64,000 bases of DNA from contig BK006936.2 of NCBI GenBank assembly GCA_000146045.2, positions 320,001 through 384,000 of the forward strand. Direction: 5' to 3'. The translations under genes and the position numbers were made by a program. Of this stretch, positions 31,456 through 42,883 are shown piece after piece. The first letter of the stretch is position 1, and every line of letters starts with the position of its first letter. Source of the DNA: TPA_inf: Saccharomyces (taxonomy: Eukaryota). The notes beneath the pieces are model-generated. The model worked only from the letters and a program-made list of their open reading frames with translations. It made no database searches and was not told the origin of the DNA.

Positions 31456-32192
31456 GCTGTGGTTTGCCTTGTAAGCTGTGGTTTGCCTTGTATCATCATG
31501 AACGCTTTTCTTCGTGGAGTAGTCTTCCTATATTGTTTCCGGTGGTTACCATCAAGATAATTTACACACACAAAATTTTCCGCTGTACGTTTGCGAGTGG
31601 CATAACGAATAATATGTATCCTATCATTTCAATGAATCACAGCTGAGCACATTTGAATTTTATTGTTAAATGGAATGCCGTTAAATGTATTATGTAATAT
31701 CCATAAAAGTTCACACTGATTGTTCACTTTTATGAACCTCTAGGATTAAAAGTACGTCTTTGTTAATGAAGCCAGCAAAAAATGGAGAACATCAGGAACA
31801 AAGCGGCATAGCTTTGATCTTGCCTTGATGCTTCTAAAAAAATATATACGTTTGTAAGTATATACTCCAATTTTCAATAGTATTTTAATGAATAATTTTT
31901 ATAAATAGAGGTAAGAGATTAGACACGTTATCTGGAGGTAATAACTAAGTAAATAAATAACAGCTACGTTGCTCTTTTTGGAAAAAGCATAAAACTCAGC
32001 CATCTAAGACAACATACTTAAAAAAGTAATAGTCTTTGATACATTCCTCGTGTAGGACAAAAGCAAAAATTCTCTTCCGTTTATTTTTCATGAAAAAAGC
32101 TTGTATCATATACACATATCTATATATTTGCATATTATTCTTTTTCGTTTTTTAGAATTAGCCATATGTTCTCGATAATGAGTAAACCTCTT

Positions 32193-33293
32193 TCAATTAG
32201 CAACGTCCTCCTTTGAAGACTCCTTTGAAGCCAAATGGGCTTCCAAAGATGCGATTTTTTCTCTTAATTCTAGATTTTCTTTTTTGGCCAACTGCAGTTC
32301 AATTTGGGTCTCTTTTGATCTGCCATATGCTAACATCTTGGCCATTTCTTTGTTCTCGTTTGTTAAGTTTTCTAATCTTACCACCATTTTGTGAGCAATC
32401 GATTCTGCATCATACCTGCCATACTTAGTCACTGAATTTGTTGGATTTAGCGCCAGTGCAGTTAATATACTTTCCAGATTTTCTTTCGTCTCTGCTAACT
32501 CCTTTTCCTTTGCATGCAGTGACGATGACAGTTTTCTGAATATCACTTCCAAGGAAGCTGGCAATTCGAAAGTTTGGGGTATATGGCAGTTTTCCTTCTC
32601 ATACTTATGCTCATTCTGCTTGTAGTTTAGCCCCTCGTTGAAAATTTTCTTTAGCCTTTGAATTTCGTTCTCGAGTGATTCGATTTGACTTTCCTTTATT
32701 TGTAGTTCTACTTCCAATGCTTCCATTCTGTCATCTTTATTTGAATTCATCTCATTGCTGTTGACATTATTCATTGAGAGCGCTGTCACATGATTAAAAG
32801 GAACAAATGAATTCTTGAATGCCGTACTATTGATTGAGGTTTTAGCGGTCATATTAGACATTGATGACATCGAGTCATTAGGATTCCCATTAGTATCCTT
32901 GTTATTTGTCATATTATTCATTGGATCCAGCCAATAATCATTAGCAGTTGCCCCATTCATGATATTGTTATGATTGAGAGTATTTCTCATAGATGCTTGT
33001 GGTACATTCTGGTAATTATAGGTATTCATTGATGGGGGCATGTTGAAATTTGTTGTACTGTTCAAGCTATGTTGACCCGTTAAGGGACTAGCCGACGAAC
33101 CTTGAGGAAGCATGGAATTATTCATTTTACTCGCCTGACCTAAGGTGTTCATTAATCCCGGCCTGGCATCGTTTCTTTCACCAGATTCGTATAGGGCTTG
33201 TTGCTGTGACTGTTGGTGGGGATGAAATGCCAAATTGTTAAAGGACGTTTCCAACGAATGTTGGGGATCATAATCATAAGCCATGTAATTCAT
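32193..33293 (-). CDS. MUM2: Sporulation/meiotic DNA replication protein with coiled-coil, 366 aa.
   Basis: The ORF was trimmed to the ATG ([14 protein letters not shown]…), giving 366 aa, matching YBR057C. It has an N/S/Q-rich N-terminus and a C-terminal coiled coil. Confidence 0.75.
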
Positions 33294-33589
33294 TTTTACA
33301 ACAGTATTCCAAACGAGCCGTGTATGCAAAAAGAATGAGGTCAAATCAAAAGATCAAGTACCAAGCCAGCTGATTCTCTTCTTACTAAGTTTGACTATCG
33401 TTTACATTTCTTGCTTGTTGTTTCATCAAACAATGTACTCTTTTCTTGTTTTAAATGATTTTTTAGCGGCGAAGGTAACAGCAGCAAAAAAAAAAAAGAA
33501 AAAACATTGCAAAATAGCTAATGGAAATGGATTTATTACTGAAATATGTAGAAATATTTAACTCGATAGATTTGATCATACACATATAA

Positions 33590-33592
<3 letters not shown>

Positions 33593-33661
<69 letters not shown>
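33593..33661. repeat. Compound dinucleotide microsatellite (TA)~21 directly fused to (TG)~13.
   Basis: Read directly from the sequence. It lies in the gap between the UBP14 stop and the MUM2 start. Confidence 0.95.
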
Positions 33662-33671
33662 AAACGTTCTT

Positions 33672-36017
33672 TTAGCATCTTGTATAGAAATAAATATAAC
33701 CATTTTTTTTCATATCTTCAATGCTGTCGGCAGCAACTAGTTTCTCATCGTTATAAAGAACCCACTTCCATTTGTCTGCCACTAGTTTACGAATAAAAAC
33801 AACATAGTGACCAGAATGGACAGAATTTCCCTTATGACAAATAACTGCAGTTAAAGCGTACGGTTTAGCGGTCGAATATCCAAGATCCTTTTTTTGTTGC
33901 TGTTCTTCATTTGGCACTTCAGGTTCGGGAAATGTTCCATCATCATCCATGTTGTTAAATACCCATTCAACACTACGATTAACATCTCCGTTGTTGAGTA
34001 TCAAGGCTTTACGACATAAGTTGGGATTTAGTCCCATGGATAACATTGAAGTCAATGATACCTCATCCACTTCTCTCTTATCTTTCTTGGGGACATTAGG
34101 AGGCGGGACAAAGGGATCATTTAAATCAGGGTCATCCATATGCTGGAATAGCCAATTCATAGCGCTCTCAGCGTCTTGGTTTCCGGTGTTAAATAGGGCG
34201 CGCACGCTAGCATTTTGAGTAAAGCCCATTTCAATTAATTGAGAAATACTGCATTGGTTTGGCGTAAAAGAGCTACGGTTTTCGTCCTCATCAGGCAATA
34301 AGTTTTCAGTTTGAGGATCAAATCCTTGTGATAAATAAGACGAAACATCTAGCATATCATCCCTGTCTATTAAACCTGGTAAAGAAAGCTCATTACTTGT
34401 CTTAACAGGAATCCAGTTCTGTAATCTAATCCTTATTGGGTTCAAAATAAGTGTTTGAGGAAGAGATTTGAAACCAGGTTTTTTATTTGCGGTAACCTTT
34501 TCCTTACAATTAGCACATTTAAATTCAATCGTCTGCCCTTCAAAATACGCCTTGATTCTCTCTAACATATCTTGAGGTTCATCATTCTCCTCTAAGGGAA
34601 TCTGTATAGCCTCTGTGGGTTCATAAGAATATTTAACCTTCCCGCAAATGTTACATTGGAGCCTATCCTCCATCATAAATCTAACTAAATCGTTGGGATT
34701 TGGAATACCTGAAGAACTACTTGAAAAAAATTTCTTGTCTAACAAGTCTAAAAGGAAGGTTAGAAATTCCATCGCATCCTGTTGTCTATTGGAACTGAAT
34801 TCCTGATGATTTTGCCCAATGCATTTCTTGAAAGTAGTAGGTTTGATACCATTTGGATATAGTTCGGGTTCACATTTCATGGCATTGAGTAGCTTGATCC
34901 ATTGGCACTTTAAATTATTGTCCGGATATACAACATCCAGTGGAAATTTACTTCCTAGAAAATCCAAGGACCAATTCGGGACGCCACCATTCACCAAGCT
35001 TTGTATAACCGAATTTAAGTAACAGGAATTACCCAAATTGATCAGACCACAGCCATAATTCTTACTAGCGGATAATTTTTCAAATTCTTTACCGCTAGAA
35101 TCGACCATTCTAAATTGCCAATTTTCGTTCTGTTCCACTTGTAATTGAACTAGAGTCTTTTCATCCGCAATCTTTTCTTGTATGTTAATTCCGTATATTT
35201 GTAGTGCACTGCCTAAATTAACATTATCTGGAAATCTAGTTTCGTCGTCACATGCGTAACAATACAGATCATAGGTTGAAGAGCTTAAAGACCCTAATTT
35301 GATAGCTAATGGGTGATTATTATTACTCCGATAATGATCCAAAGCATGCGAGTGACCATCAATCCCGATTTGTTCCCTGCCACATCCGATATTACCACAA
35401 TGTAGGCATAACCAGAGATTTTGAGTCAAATCACAGGAAGAGCATTGGTTTAAATTCACAGTATTTTCGGGCTTAGATGGAATTTGAAAGTTTTCTGTAT
35501 GTGGACAGGTGCTGATTTCTAACACCCAGGAGTTCTTCTTATCCTCGAAGTCTTGTGACTTCGCCTTTAATATCTTTTCAATCTTCTCCAAGGCCGTAGA
35601 AGAAATGTCAGAGTCTGTCGACTTCGAAAGTACGGTCCTGGGAACATTTTCACCATTGAACCTTTGTAAACTCCAAATAGTGTTGTGGGTGTCGTCTTCT
35701 GACGTCTCAATTACCTGTAGCTTTATTTTTTTGTTGTTATTATTTTCTTCTACATTTTCTTGCTTAGGTTTCTCCACTTTAGCAATAGTTAAATAATTGG
35801 AATGTATGGTATCGCAAGCATATTCTGTGACTCGGATATGGAGTGGAACATGTCTGTTGCACGTAGCTTGGAAACAGTTTAAGCATATATTCAATGAATG
35901 TTTAGGTGATGCATTGAGGGCCAATGGTTCATTATAAGGGGATTCAAAGCAATAAATACACTCATCTTTTGAAACGACTGCAGGAACGTTAACGTTTTCT
36001 AGTACTGCTTCTGCCAT
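33672..36017 (-). CDS. UBP14: Ubiquitin-specific protease (isopeptidase T homologue) with a ZnF-UBP and two UBA domains, 781 aa.
   Basis: The ORF was trimmed to MAEAVLENVNVPAVV…, giving 781 aa. It has a USP Cys box (GLINLGNSCYLNSV) and the His box near the C-terminus. It matches YBR058C. Confidence 0.85.
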   Translation of the reverse strand: MAEAVLENVNVPAVVSKDECIYCFESPYNEPLALNASPKHSLNICLNCFQATCNRHVPLHIRVTEYACDTIHSNYLTIAKVEKPKQENVEENNNNKKIKLQVIETSEDDTHNTIWSLQRFNGENVPRTVLSKSTDSDISSTALEKIEKILKAKSQDFEDKKNSWVLEISTCPHTENFQIPSKPENTVNLNQCSSCDLTQNLWLCLHCGNIGCGREQIGIDGHSHALDHYRSNNNHPLAIKLGSLSSSTYDLYCYACDDETRFPDNVNLGSALQIYGINIQEKIADEKTLVQLQVEQNENWQFRMVDSSGKEFEKLSASKNYGCGLINLGNSCYLNSVIQSLVNGGVPNWSLDFLGSKFPLDVVYPDNNLKCQWIKLLNAMKCEPELYPNGIKPTTFKKCIGQNHQEFSSNRQQDAMEFLTFLLDLLDKKFFSSSSSGIPNPNDLVRFMMEDRLQCNICGKVKYSYEPTEAIQIPLEENDEPQDMLERIKAYFEGQTIEFKCANCKEKVTANKKPGFKSLPQTLILNPIRIRLQNWIPVKTSNELSLPGLIDRDDMLDVSSYLSQGFDPQTENLLPDEDENRSSFTPNQCSISQLIEMGFTQNASVRALFNTGNQDAESAMNWLFQHMDDPDLNDPFVPPPNVPKKDKREVDEVSLTSMLSMGLNPNLCRKALILNNGDVNRSVEWVFNNMDDDGTFPEPEVPNEEQQQKKDLGYSTAKPYALTAVICHKGNSVHSGHYVVFIRKLVADKWKWVLYNDEKLVAADSIEDMKKNGYIYFYTRC

Positions 36018-36323
36018 TTCTGAATGTGAGAAAGACTTCGGGCTCTCTTTTTGGATGAATTTACCTGTCATCTCTACTGCCATTGCAAGTCGCTTTTCAC
36101 TGTGATTTCATCAAGTGATAAATTTGATCTCATTCCAAACGATGTCATTTTTCAAAGGCACATCAACTGTTATAAATTATATCCTATAGCCACAAGCAAT
36201 TATTAGTTTATGTATTGTGTGTATATTTATGTAACTCTATCCTCCATGATATCCTCCTAAATTTTCTGTCCCCTTGCCTCCAGCTTATACTATTATTAAC
36301 CGAATAAGGATATAAATAATCAT

Positions 36324-36566
36324 TCAAAGGAAGCAATACTTTAGTATACCGAAGAAACTCAAACTGAAAATTGTGAGAAAAAAAACATGGAGGAAGAATG
36401 AATCAAAAGAGGCCATTAAATAAAAGGGTAAATGTATGTAGTAGGTCCAATAAAGCTTTTCCACCACTTCTTCAATAGTATTTAGTATGCCTTCTGATTT
36501 CCCATTACGTCTTTTAGCTTCCTTAGTGGTGGGTATGTACACCATCGAGCTTTTATGTTGTGTCAT
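36324..36566 (-). CDS. TSC3: 80-aa membrane protein, activator of serine palmitoyltransferase.
   Basis: 80-aa ORF with a hydrophobic C-terminus. It is at the YBR058C-A position between UBP14 and AKL1. Confidence 0.7.
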   Translation of the reverse strand: MTQHKSSMVYIPTTKEAKRRNGKSEGILNTIEEVVEKLYWTYYIHLPFYLMASFDSFFLHVFFLTIFSLSFFGILKYCFL

Positions 36567-36860
36567 TTCTTCCCCTTATGATATGTTCCACCTTTGTTCT
36601 TCCGGTTTCTACACTCTTTATCTCTAGTACTTTTAAAATGGTGTCATTTCTGTCAAATTGCGAGCACTATTACTCTTCACTTAACCGCTTCTCGTTAAGC
36701 GCGTCAGGAGTAAACGTCATCTCGCACGATATGCTTAATGCATATGATTTGAGTTACTATTGTTCTATCAATTTAGTTTTTGAGGAAGATATACGGATTG
36801 TCTGCGCCTCTATATGTAACAATGTATGTATATGATTTTATATGTGCTCTATTTATCGAA

Positions 36861-39800
36861 TCATTTCTCGCTTCTAAAGACTGAGAAAAAAGATCTCCTT
36901 TTCCCGTTACTGCCACCACTACTGGATGCACTACTTGCCATCGCTTCACGACGGACCCTTTCCAAATCAAGCGATTGACGGGCCCTAGCGAAGGATTTTC
37001 TCATCTCTGATGGAGTTGAGGTGCTAATAGTAATGCTGCTATTGCTATCCTTATCCTTCGAATGCCGGTATCTTTCCAAATCGTGCCTTTGCTTGGAACC
37101 AGTCCTGTGTGTTTCATGCTTGCCATTTGACCGGGTTGACAGTTCGTGACCAGTACTGTGGCGCTTATTCTCAGTTATTGCGGTGGAAGCATGAGGTGAA
37201 ACTCTATACGAGTGATGTGAATTTGGTGCTGGCGAGTCGTTTTTATTTCTATGCTCTTGAGTTAACGTTGGTGAAGACAGATTTACTTCCTGGAAATTCA
37301 GATCCAATGACTGCCGCGGTTGCCTTGTTGATACGCTGCTGAAGTCCTTGCTTTTGAATTGATTAGACTTACTAGCATCACTTGATCTTGCCTGGTCTTT
37401 ATGACCTCTTTCATTATGGAGTGGTCTTCTTTCAGCTGTTTTTCCTCTCCTTGCATCATCCAAATCAATATCAATGCTTTCGCTGGAGACCATACTATCT
37501 CCCAATTCGTCTGTTGAATAATTGTTCCTCTTACTGGAACCTTTGCGTCCAGAAAGCTTAGCTTGTTGAATTGATGCAGACGATGAAGACGATGAAAAGG
37601 AGGAGACAGCAGCACCAGTATCATCTCTTGATAAGTCCATCTCATTCAAACTTAAATTTAAAACGCCATTTCGATTATTGTTCGAGCCTTTGATAGTTCC
37701 TGAACCGCCGGCATCTTCGATACCGCCAGTTTGAGGCTCATTTGTATCTTGGAAAGATTGCTTTCCTGCATCTTCTTTTAATGGAGATAGTTCAATTAAG
37801 AGAGCTTCATTTTTAGAGGATGAGTGCATTGGTTCATTTGCAGAATTTCCTGCAAGAATTGGAGGTTCACCCCCCTGAGCATTTCTCATATCTTCTGTGG
37901 TATGATTTGTTCTATCAGAGACGTAAGTACCATTATTATTTGCATTTTGAATTTGCATTTGCTGTTGGACTTGCAGTTGTTGCTGAACTTGCATCTGCTG
38001 CTTGGCTTGCATCTGTTGCTTTGCCTGCATCTGTTGTGCCTGCAATTGCTGGGCTTGTATCTGTTGCGCTTGCTGCTGATTCATGGAAATAACAGGTCTC
38101 ACCATTGGAATTGCTGGGGAATTTTGACTTGGGAGATATCCTGACTGGGAGTTCGTGGCGTAATTTTGAGAAATATTCTGAAAGTTGACTCTTCTATTAC
38201 CACTATCTCCAGCAATAGTTCCACCCAACTGCATAGGTTTATTGGACCGATCCCTCCCAGTGTAGAAATTTCTTTGGCTATAATTAGCAGGTCCTTTGGG
38301 TTGGTCCTGTTGTTGCTGCTGTTGTTCAACTCTAGATTGATACTGAGATTCATCTGGAAAGGTATTCCCTTGTGTACCTGTTTGATTTTGAGCTTGCTGA
38401 TATCTCTGGCCTTGCTGTTGTTCTTCCAGGAAAAAGTTACTTGCGTCATTGCTCAATTCATTCGTAGAATGGTATGCAACATTCATTTTTGGAAAGGGAT
38501 TATTCGATTTATGTTGTTTCATCTTATTAATACCAGCAGTTTTCTCGTTCGCCAAGGCTTCGTCTGACCCGATCGTTGCTGCACCATATGATGTGCTCTT
38601 CATTGATCTGCCACCTGAAGAATAAGAGCTTGTGCTCTTTTGCCTCTGTGGTAGTGATTGGGTATTCAAACGAGGACTTTGTTCAGAAATAGTCGGATCA
38701 CTTGATTGTTTGACCAATTCTTTGTCCAAATAAGTATCTAATTCGCTCACGCTTGGATAATATAACTCTCCAGGAGTTTTATTTTCAAAAATTGATTTGT
38801 CCTCTATACCTGGAGACTGGATTGTATTGATTTCTTGAGGATTATTGGCTGTACCAGAACTGTTAGCATTCGATGTTGTTCTTGACGATTTATCTTCGGA
38901 CAGGGTAGACTTCCTCTGATCGGATTGACTTTCTTTCTCTTCTTCAAGTTCTTGGCCGACATTTTGAGATGGTATTCTAGAAACAGCGGCATGACCGTCA
39001 CTAGCGTTCATGGGAAGTTTGGATGAGATTTCAAAAGAAGAAAGAAACATGTCATTCAGTAAGTTTTCTTCTGAGTCACTCAATTTATTGTTCTGCATAA
39101 TTTTCTTTTGTTGTAGCTGGTACATTTGCAATTGAACATTTTGTAATTTATTCTGAAACTGCGTATATTTAGAAAAATTATAGGCACCTTCCGCATACTT
39201 ATCCTCGATTGGAACTTCCACATTTAAAATCTCACATAAATGGTATAATACTTGATAAATGTTCGGTCTCAAATTTGGGTTTTCCGCCAACATGATAATG
39301 ATTAAGTTGATTAGTTTTGATGAATATTTGTTGACAGGAAATTCATATTTGGAATGTAATATAGCAAATTGACCTGTCATTTCAAAAGGGGTGGTGAAAA
39401 ATAATAATTTGTAAAGGAAAACTCCCAAAGCCCATATGTCTGATTTTTCGTTAATGGGCAGACATCTGTAAAGGTCAATCATTTCAGGGGACCTATACTG
39501 CGGAGTAGTATGCACATAGATGTTTTGAGTCAAAAGAGCAATATCTTGATGAGTAGTGACAATTGGGAAACATGTCGACGTGGACCCAAAATCAGCTAGC
39601 TTGAAATTGTTTTTGGCATCTACCAAGACATTTTCAATCTTGATATCGCGATGGATCAAGGACACAGGAAGGTAGTGCATTTGAGAGATAGAAAGAGCAA
39701 CGTCATACATAATTTTCACAATTTCAGCTTCTGTCAGTTTCGTTGACAATCGTTGGTTCATATAATCTAGCAAAGATTTGTTTGGACACAATTCCATTAG

Positions 39801-40187
39801 CAAAAGAACCTCAAATCCTTGAACGCCATCACGACGGCGAGAGGCGTTGGAATCGAAGTATTGTACTATATTTGGGGCCCCTTTCAATTTCTTCATTACC
39901 TCCACTTCATTTCTCATCTCGTTCAATCCATTCTCATCTTGAACTAATACTCTTTTCAGACATGCGACATCGCCAATCTTTAAGGGAACACTTGCTGTAT
40001 TATCAAATTCATTAAGATACTCTAGGAATTTCACCACGTAAATTTGAGCAAAGCCACCTTCTGCTAAATAATTTACCACTTCAACTTTATGTGTGCCTAC
40101 GCAGACAATATGGCCTGGAGTGTACCTCTCTACCGCCGGATGGCCCATTGCCGAAACGCTTCTAGAAGTACCATTCGTGATCGACAT
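36861..40187 (-). CDS. AKL1: Ark/Prk-family Ser/Thr protein kinase with an N-terminal kinase domain and a long Q/N/S-rich tail, 1108 aa.
   Basis: Kinase motifs are present (VAIKR-like lysine region, HRDIKIENVLV, DFG). The length of 1108 aa matches YBR059C. Confidence 0.85.
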   Translation of the reverse strand: MSITNGTSRSVSAMGHPAVERYTPGHIVCVGTHKVEVVNYLAEGGFAQIYVVKFLEYLNEFDNTASVPLKIGDVACLKRVLVQDENGLNEMRNEVEVMKKLKGAPNIVQYFDSNASRRRDGVQGFEVLLLMELCPNKSLLDYMNQRLSTKLTEAEIVKIMYDVALSISQMHYLPVSLIHRDIKIENVLVDAKNNFKLADFGSTSTCFPIVTTHQDIALLTQNIYVHTTPQYRSPEMIDLYRCLPINEKSDIWALGVFLYKLLFFTTPFEMTGQFAILHSKYEFPVNKYSSKLINLIIIMLAENPNLRPNIYQVLYHLCEILNVEVPIEDKYAEGAYNFSKYTQFQNKLQNVQLQMYQLQQKKIMQNNKLSDSEENLLNDMFLSSFEISSKLPMNASDGHAAVSRIPSQNVGQELEEEKESQSDQRKSTLSEDKSSRTTSNANSSGTANNPQEINTIQSPGIEDKSIFENKTPGELYYPSVSELDTYLDKELVKQSSDPTISEQSPRLNTQSLPQRQKSTSSYSSGGRSMKSTSYGAATIGSDEALANEKTAGINKMKQHKSNNPFPKMNVAYHSTNELSNDASNFFLEEQQQGQRYQQAQNQTGTQGNTFPDESQYQSRVEQQQQQQDQPKGPANYSQRNFYTGRDRSNKPMQLGGTIAGDSGNRRVNFQNISQNYATNSQSGYLPSQNSPAIPMVRPVISMNQQQAQQIQAQQLQAQQMQAKQQMQAKQQMQVQQQLQVQQQMQIQNANNNGTYVSDRTNHTTEDMRNAQGGEPPILAGNSANEPMHSSSKNEALLIELSPLKEDAGKQSFQDTNEPQTGGIEDAGGSGTIKGSNNNRNGVLNLSLNEMDLSRDDTGAAVSSFSSSSSSASIQQAKLSGRKGSSKRNNYSTDELGDSMVSSESIDIDLDDARRGKTAERRPLHNERGHKDQARSSDASKSNQFKSKDFSSVSTRQPRQSLDLNFQEVNLSSPTLTQEHRNKNDSPAPNSHHSYRVSPHASTAITENKRHSTGHELSTRSNGKHETHRTGSKQRHDLERYRHSKDKDSNSSITISTSTPSEMRKSFARARQSLDLERVRREAMASSASSSGGSNGKRRSFFSVFRSEK

Positions 40188-40651
40188 GATCAGTGCTAAT
40201 TAGAAAGAAAATAACAGGCGACAGGGACGAAAACAAGAGCTTGGGAAAACGTAATAGCAAAAAATGAATGGCAACTAAAATTATCTCTATGATGTCCTGT
40301 GTTGCTTATGCTCCCGAGGCACCGATTCTGATTCAACAATGCTATTGAATTTACTCATTCAAGAAAGGGGGTTCATAGGATTATGGCTTTTATTCAGTAT
40401 TTTTAAGTTTTTTCGGTTATTGAGCTCTGAATAGGGCATTTTCAGAATGGCGGGGTTCACCTAAAAAAAATGAAAAACAAATATAGGTCATAACTCGTCT
40501 GAATTTTCGAAGAGCTCATCAGACGTTTTTCAGTAGGGTTATATGAGAAGTTTTTTAGTCGTTTTAAGATACATCACTAAGTATTGTTGGTTATGGGAAA
40601 GCAAAGCTAGCAAGCCTAGTACTATTACAATTGTTCGTGATATGTATACAT

Positions 40652-42514
40652 TTATAGAGTATTTAAAACGGTTTTCAGAAGTTTTTCAAGTTCCGCATAC
40701 GTGTAGGGTACCCAAATAATTTCCATTCCAGAATTGTTCTTAGTTATGTTGGCCATTTTATGTTCTATGAATTCTCTAAGCATCGACCTTAGAGCTATCT
40801 CATTAGAAGCAATAAAATCAGCGGCACAGAGATGGTTGAAAAGTTTAAGTTCTACTCCAGTTCTTTGAGTACCACGCTTAGGACCTGTGTTAGCGGATAG
40901 ATTCCCCATATTCTGCATTTGTGTTTCAATAAGCAACTTATACATCTTCTTGGAGTTCACAGTAAGTGATTGTAAGACGTATTTCGCACCTTCAGCACCA
41001 CTGCTGGTATCGCTTTTACCCATCTTCATCACATCTTGGAACGTAGACTCGACTGTCGACGGTTCAAAATTCGAAATATCATGAAAGACAAAGTTGTAGT
41101 TTTGGGCCTTCATGTTGTCCCAGAGGAGCGGAGCGTAAATGTGGTCTGTAGAGGCGACTATGGCGATTTGTCTGATGACGGAGAGGAAGCTTAGCATCGT
41201 CTGAAAAGTGTTTTTCCTTATGCTAGGACCATCCAGATTATGCACTACAAGTATTAATTTGATATCTAAAGGTTGATTTTTGTAGAAATCAATCATCTTT
41301 TGGATCTGCAAAATCACATGATTGCCCCAGTACTTAGTTTCGCTTCTTGTCAACTCAGCGGGGACCAAAAGATCGGTAATCTCTTTGAAGACGTCACGAT
41401 AGTTACAGCTAGGGTTGTAACCATTTAAAATAAGGCATGGGATGGAATTTACAGGTTTGTTTTGTTGTAATTCATTCTCATAAGCCAGTTGCGAGTACGC
41501 GATTTTCGGAGACAAGTAGTCAATGGCAAACTCTTCCAAAAAATTACGTTTCGAACCTACACCATAAAATAATAAGGAGAATCCTTGAGTCAATTCAAAC
41601 CAATACTGGGGAAACATTTTTTTCTGAATTTCAAATAACTTTTGCCTGGGACGTTTTTGAAAATTTTCGTTGAAAAAGTTTGATACTAGGGAAAACTCTT
41701 CTCTGGTAACGTCAGGTGCCATTGACATGGTGTGCCTTGACTTCGCATTAGTTCTGACAATTTTTCTTTGGTCGAAATATCCTTCAAAAGTATCCAAAAA
41801 CGAGCTTGCTGACTTGGTTTCCGAAGTTTGGTAGAGCTTTTTATTTTTCGGTACAGGGGTTGGAGTAAAATTTCTACTCAAGGTTAATTTACCTGGGGAG
41901 GTTGAGTCTTTATATTCTTTTAAATTATTCATTATAATTTGCTTTAGGGGCGAAGTAAAATCATGATTAGTGGTTAAAGACTTCTTAGATGGTGTTGCAG
42001 GTTCTGGTGGCTCGGGTGAATTTGATACAAAATTATCATCAGTTTGTGGAGTCACATTATCTTCATATGTTGTGGTCGCTACCTGTATTTTTTCGCGTTC
42101 TCTTTTCTCTTTTATCCCCGTCTTTTCCATCACCTGCTTGTTGTTAGAAGTCTTGCTTTCCTCATTGACATTACCTGATGTATCTTTGTCCAATTTCCTC
42201 TTTTTCTTAGAGGAAATTGTATCTTTCTCATCCTTCTTGATCCTATCAGTTAATTCTTCCTGTATCTTTCTTGGTCTTCCACGTTTACGGGGAGCTTTAC
42301 TTGGCGTTTTAGGTTTGAGTGCCGGATCTGGAGATGTATTTTTCCTTTCGTTGCCTACAAGCGAGATTCTTTCCAACAAATTCTTCTTTGATGAATGAAT
42401 TCTTCTCAGTTGTCTTTCTCCATGTGGGTCAACCCTTTTTGGGGTTACATTCCTGCTTTTTGCCGGAGACGATAGGATATCATTATGCTCTACAAAGTCT
42501 TCCCCATTTAGCAT
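40652..42514 (-). CDS. ORC2: Origin recognition complex subunit 2, 620 aa.
   Basis: The ORF was trimmed to MLNGEDFVEHNDILSSPAKSRNVTPKRVDPHGERQ…, giving 620 aa and matching YBR060C. It has a basic N-terminal region with CDK-site-like S/TP motifs. Confidence 0.85.
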   Translation of the reverse strand: MLNGEDFVEHNDILSSPAKSRNVTPKRVDPHGERQLRRIHSSKKNLLERISLVGNERKNTSPDPALKPKTPSKAPRKRGRPRKIQEELTDRIKKDEKDTISSKKKRKLDKDTSGNVNEESKTSNNKQVMEKTGIKEKREREKIQVATTTYEDNVTPQTDDNFVSNSPEPPEPATPSKKSLTTNHDFTSPLKQIIMNNLKEYKDSTSPGKLTLSRNFTPTPVPKNKKLYQTSETKSASSFLDTFEGYFDQRKIVRTNAKSRHTMSMAPDVTREEFSLVSNFFNENFQKRPRQKLFEIQKKMFPQYWFELTQGFSLLFYGVGSKRNFLEEFAIDYLSPKIAYSQLAYENELQQNKPVNSIPCLILNGYNPSCNYRDVFKEITDLLVPAELTRSETKYWGNHVILQIQKMIDFYKNQPLDIKLILVVHNLDGPSIRKNTFQTMLSFLSVIRQIAIVASTDHIYAPLLWDNMKAQNYNFVFHDISNFEPSTVESTFQDVMKMGKSDTSSGAEGAKYVLQSLTVNSKKMYKLLIETQMQNMGNLSANTGPKRGTQRTGVELKLFNHLCAADFIASNEIALRSMLREFIEHKMANITKNNSGMEIIWVPYTYAELEKLLKTVLNTL

Positions 42515-42883
42515 GTTATGGCAATTCGCAGTACTACAAAAACTTGTTTTAAAGATATAGCAAATAAGATCAATGATCAATTATCAAATACAATTTCAGC
42601 TAATATATTCTACTTTGTCTTAATTTAAAGGTGGTTCCTATTTCTTTATAACTTTTACACATTGTGAAGAATAACAATTCTGCTTACTATTGTCATTTCC
42701 ACCTCAATGATGCGGTGAGTGGGTGTTCTGAAAAATTTTCCCGATTTTGCTAGACTAGAAATTGGTACTAGCTGATCCATATCACATTTACGCGAATAAG
42801 TCGATATTTATGCATGGATATTTGGCCTTTTACGACACTTATTCTTATGATCCATTGAAAGATGGTTCATATTACATATAAAG

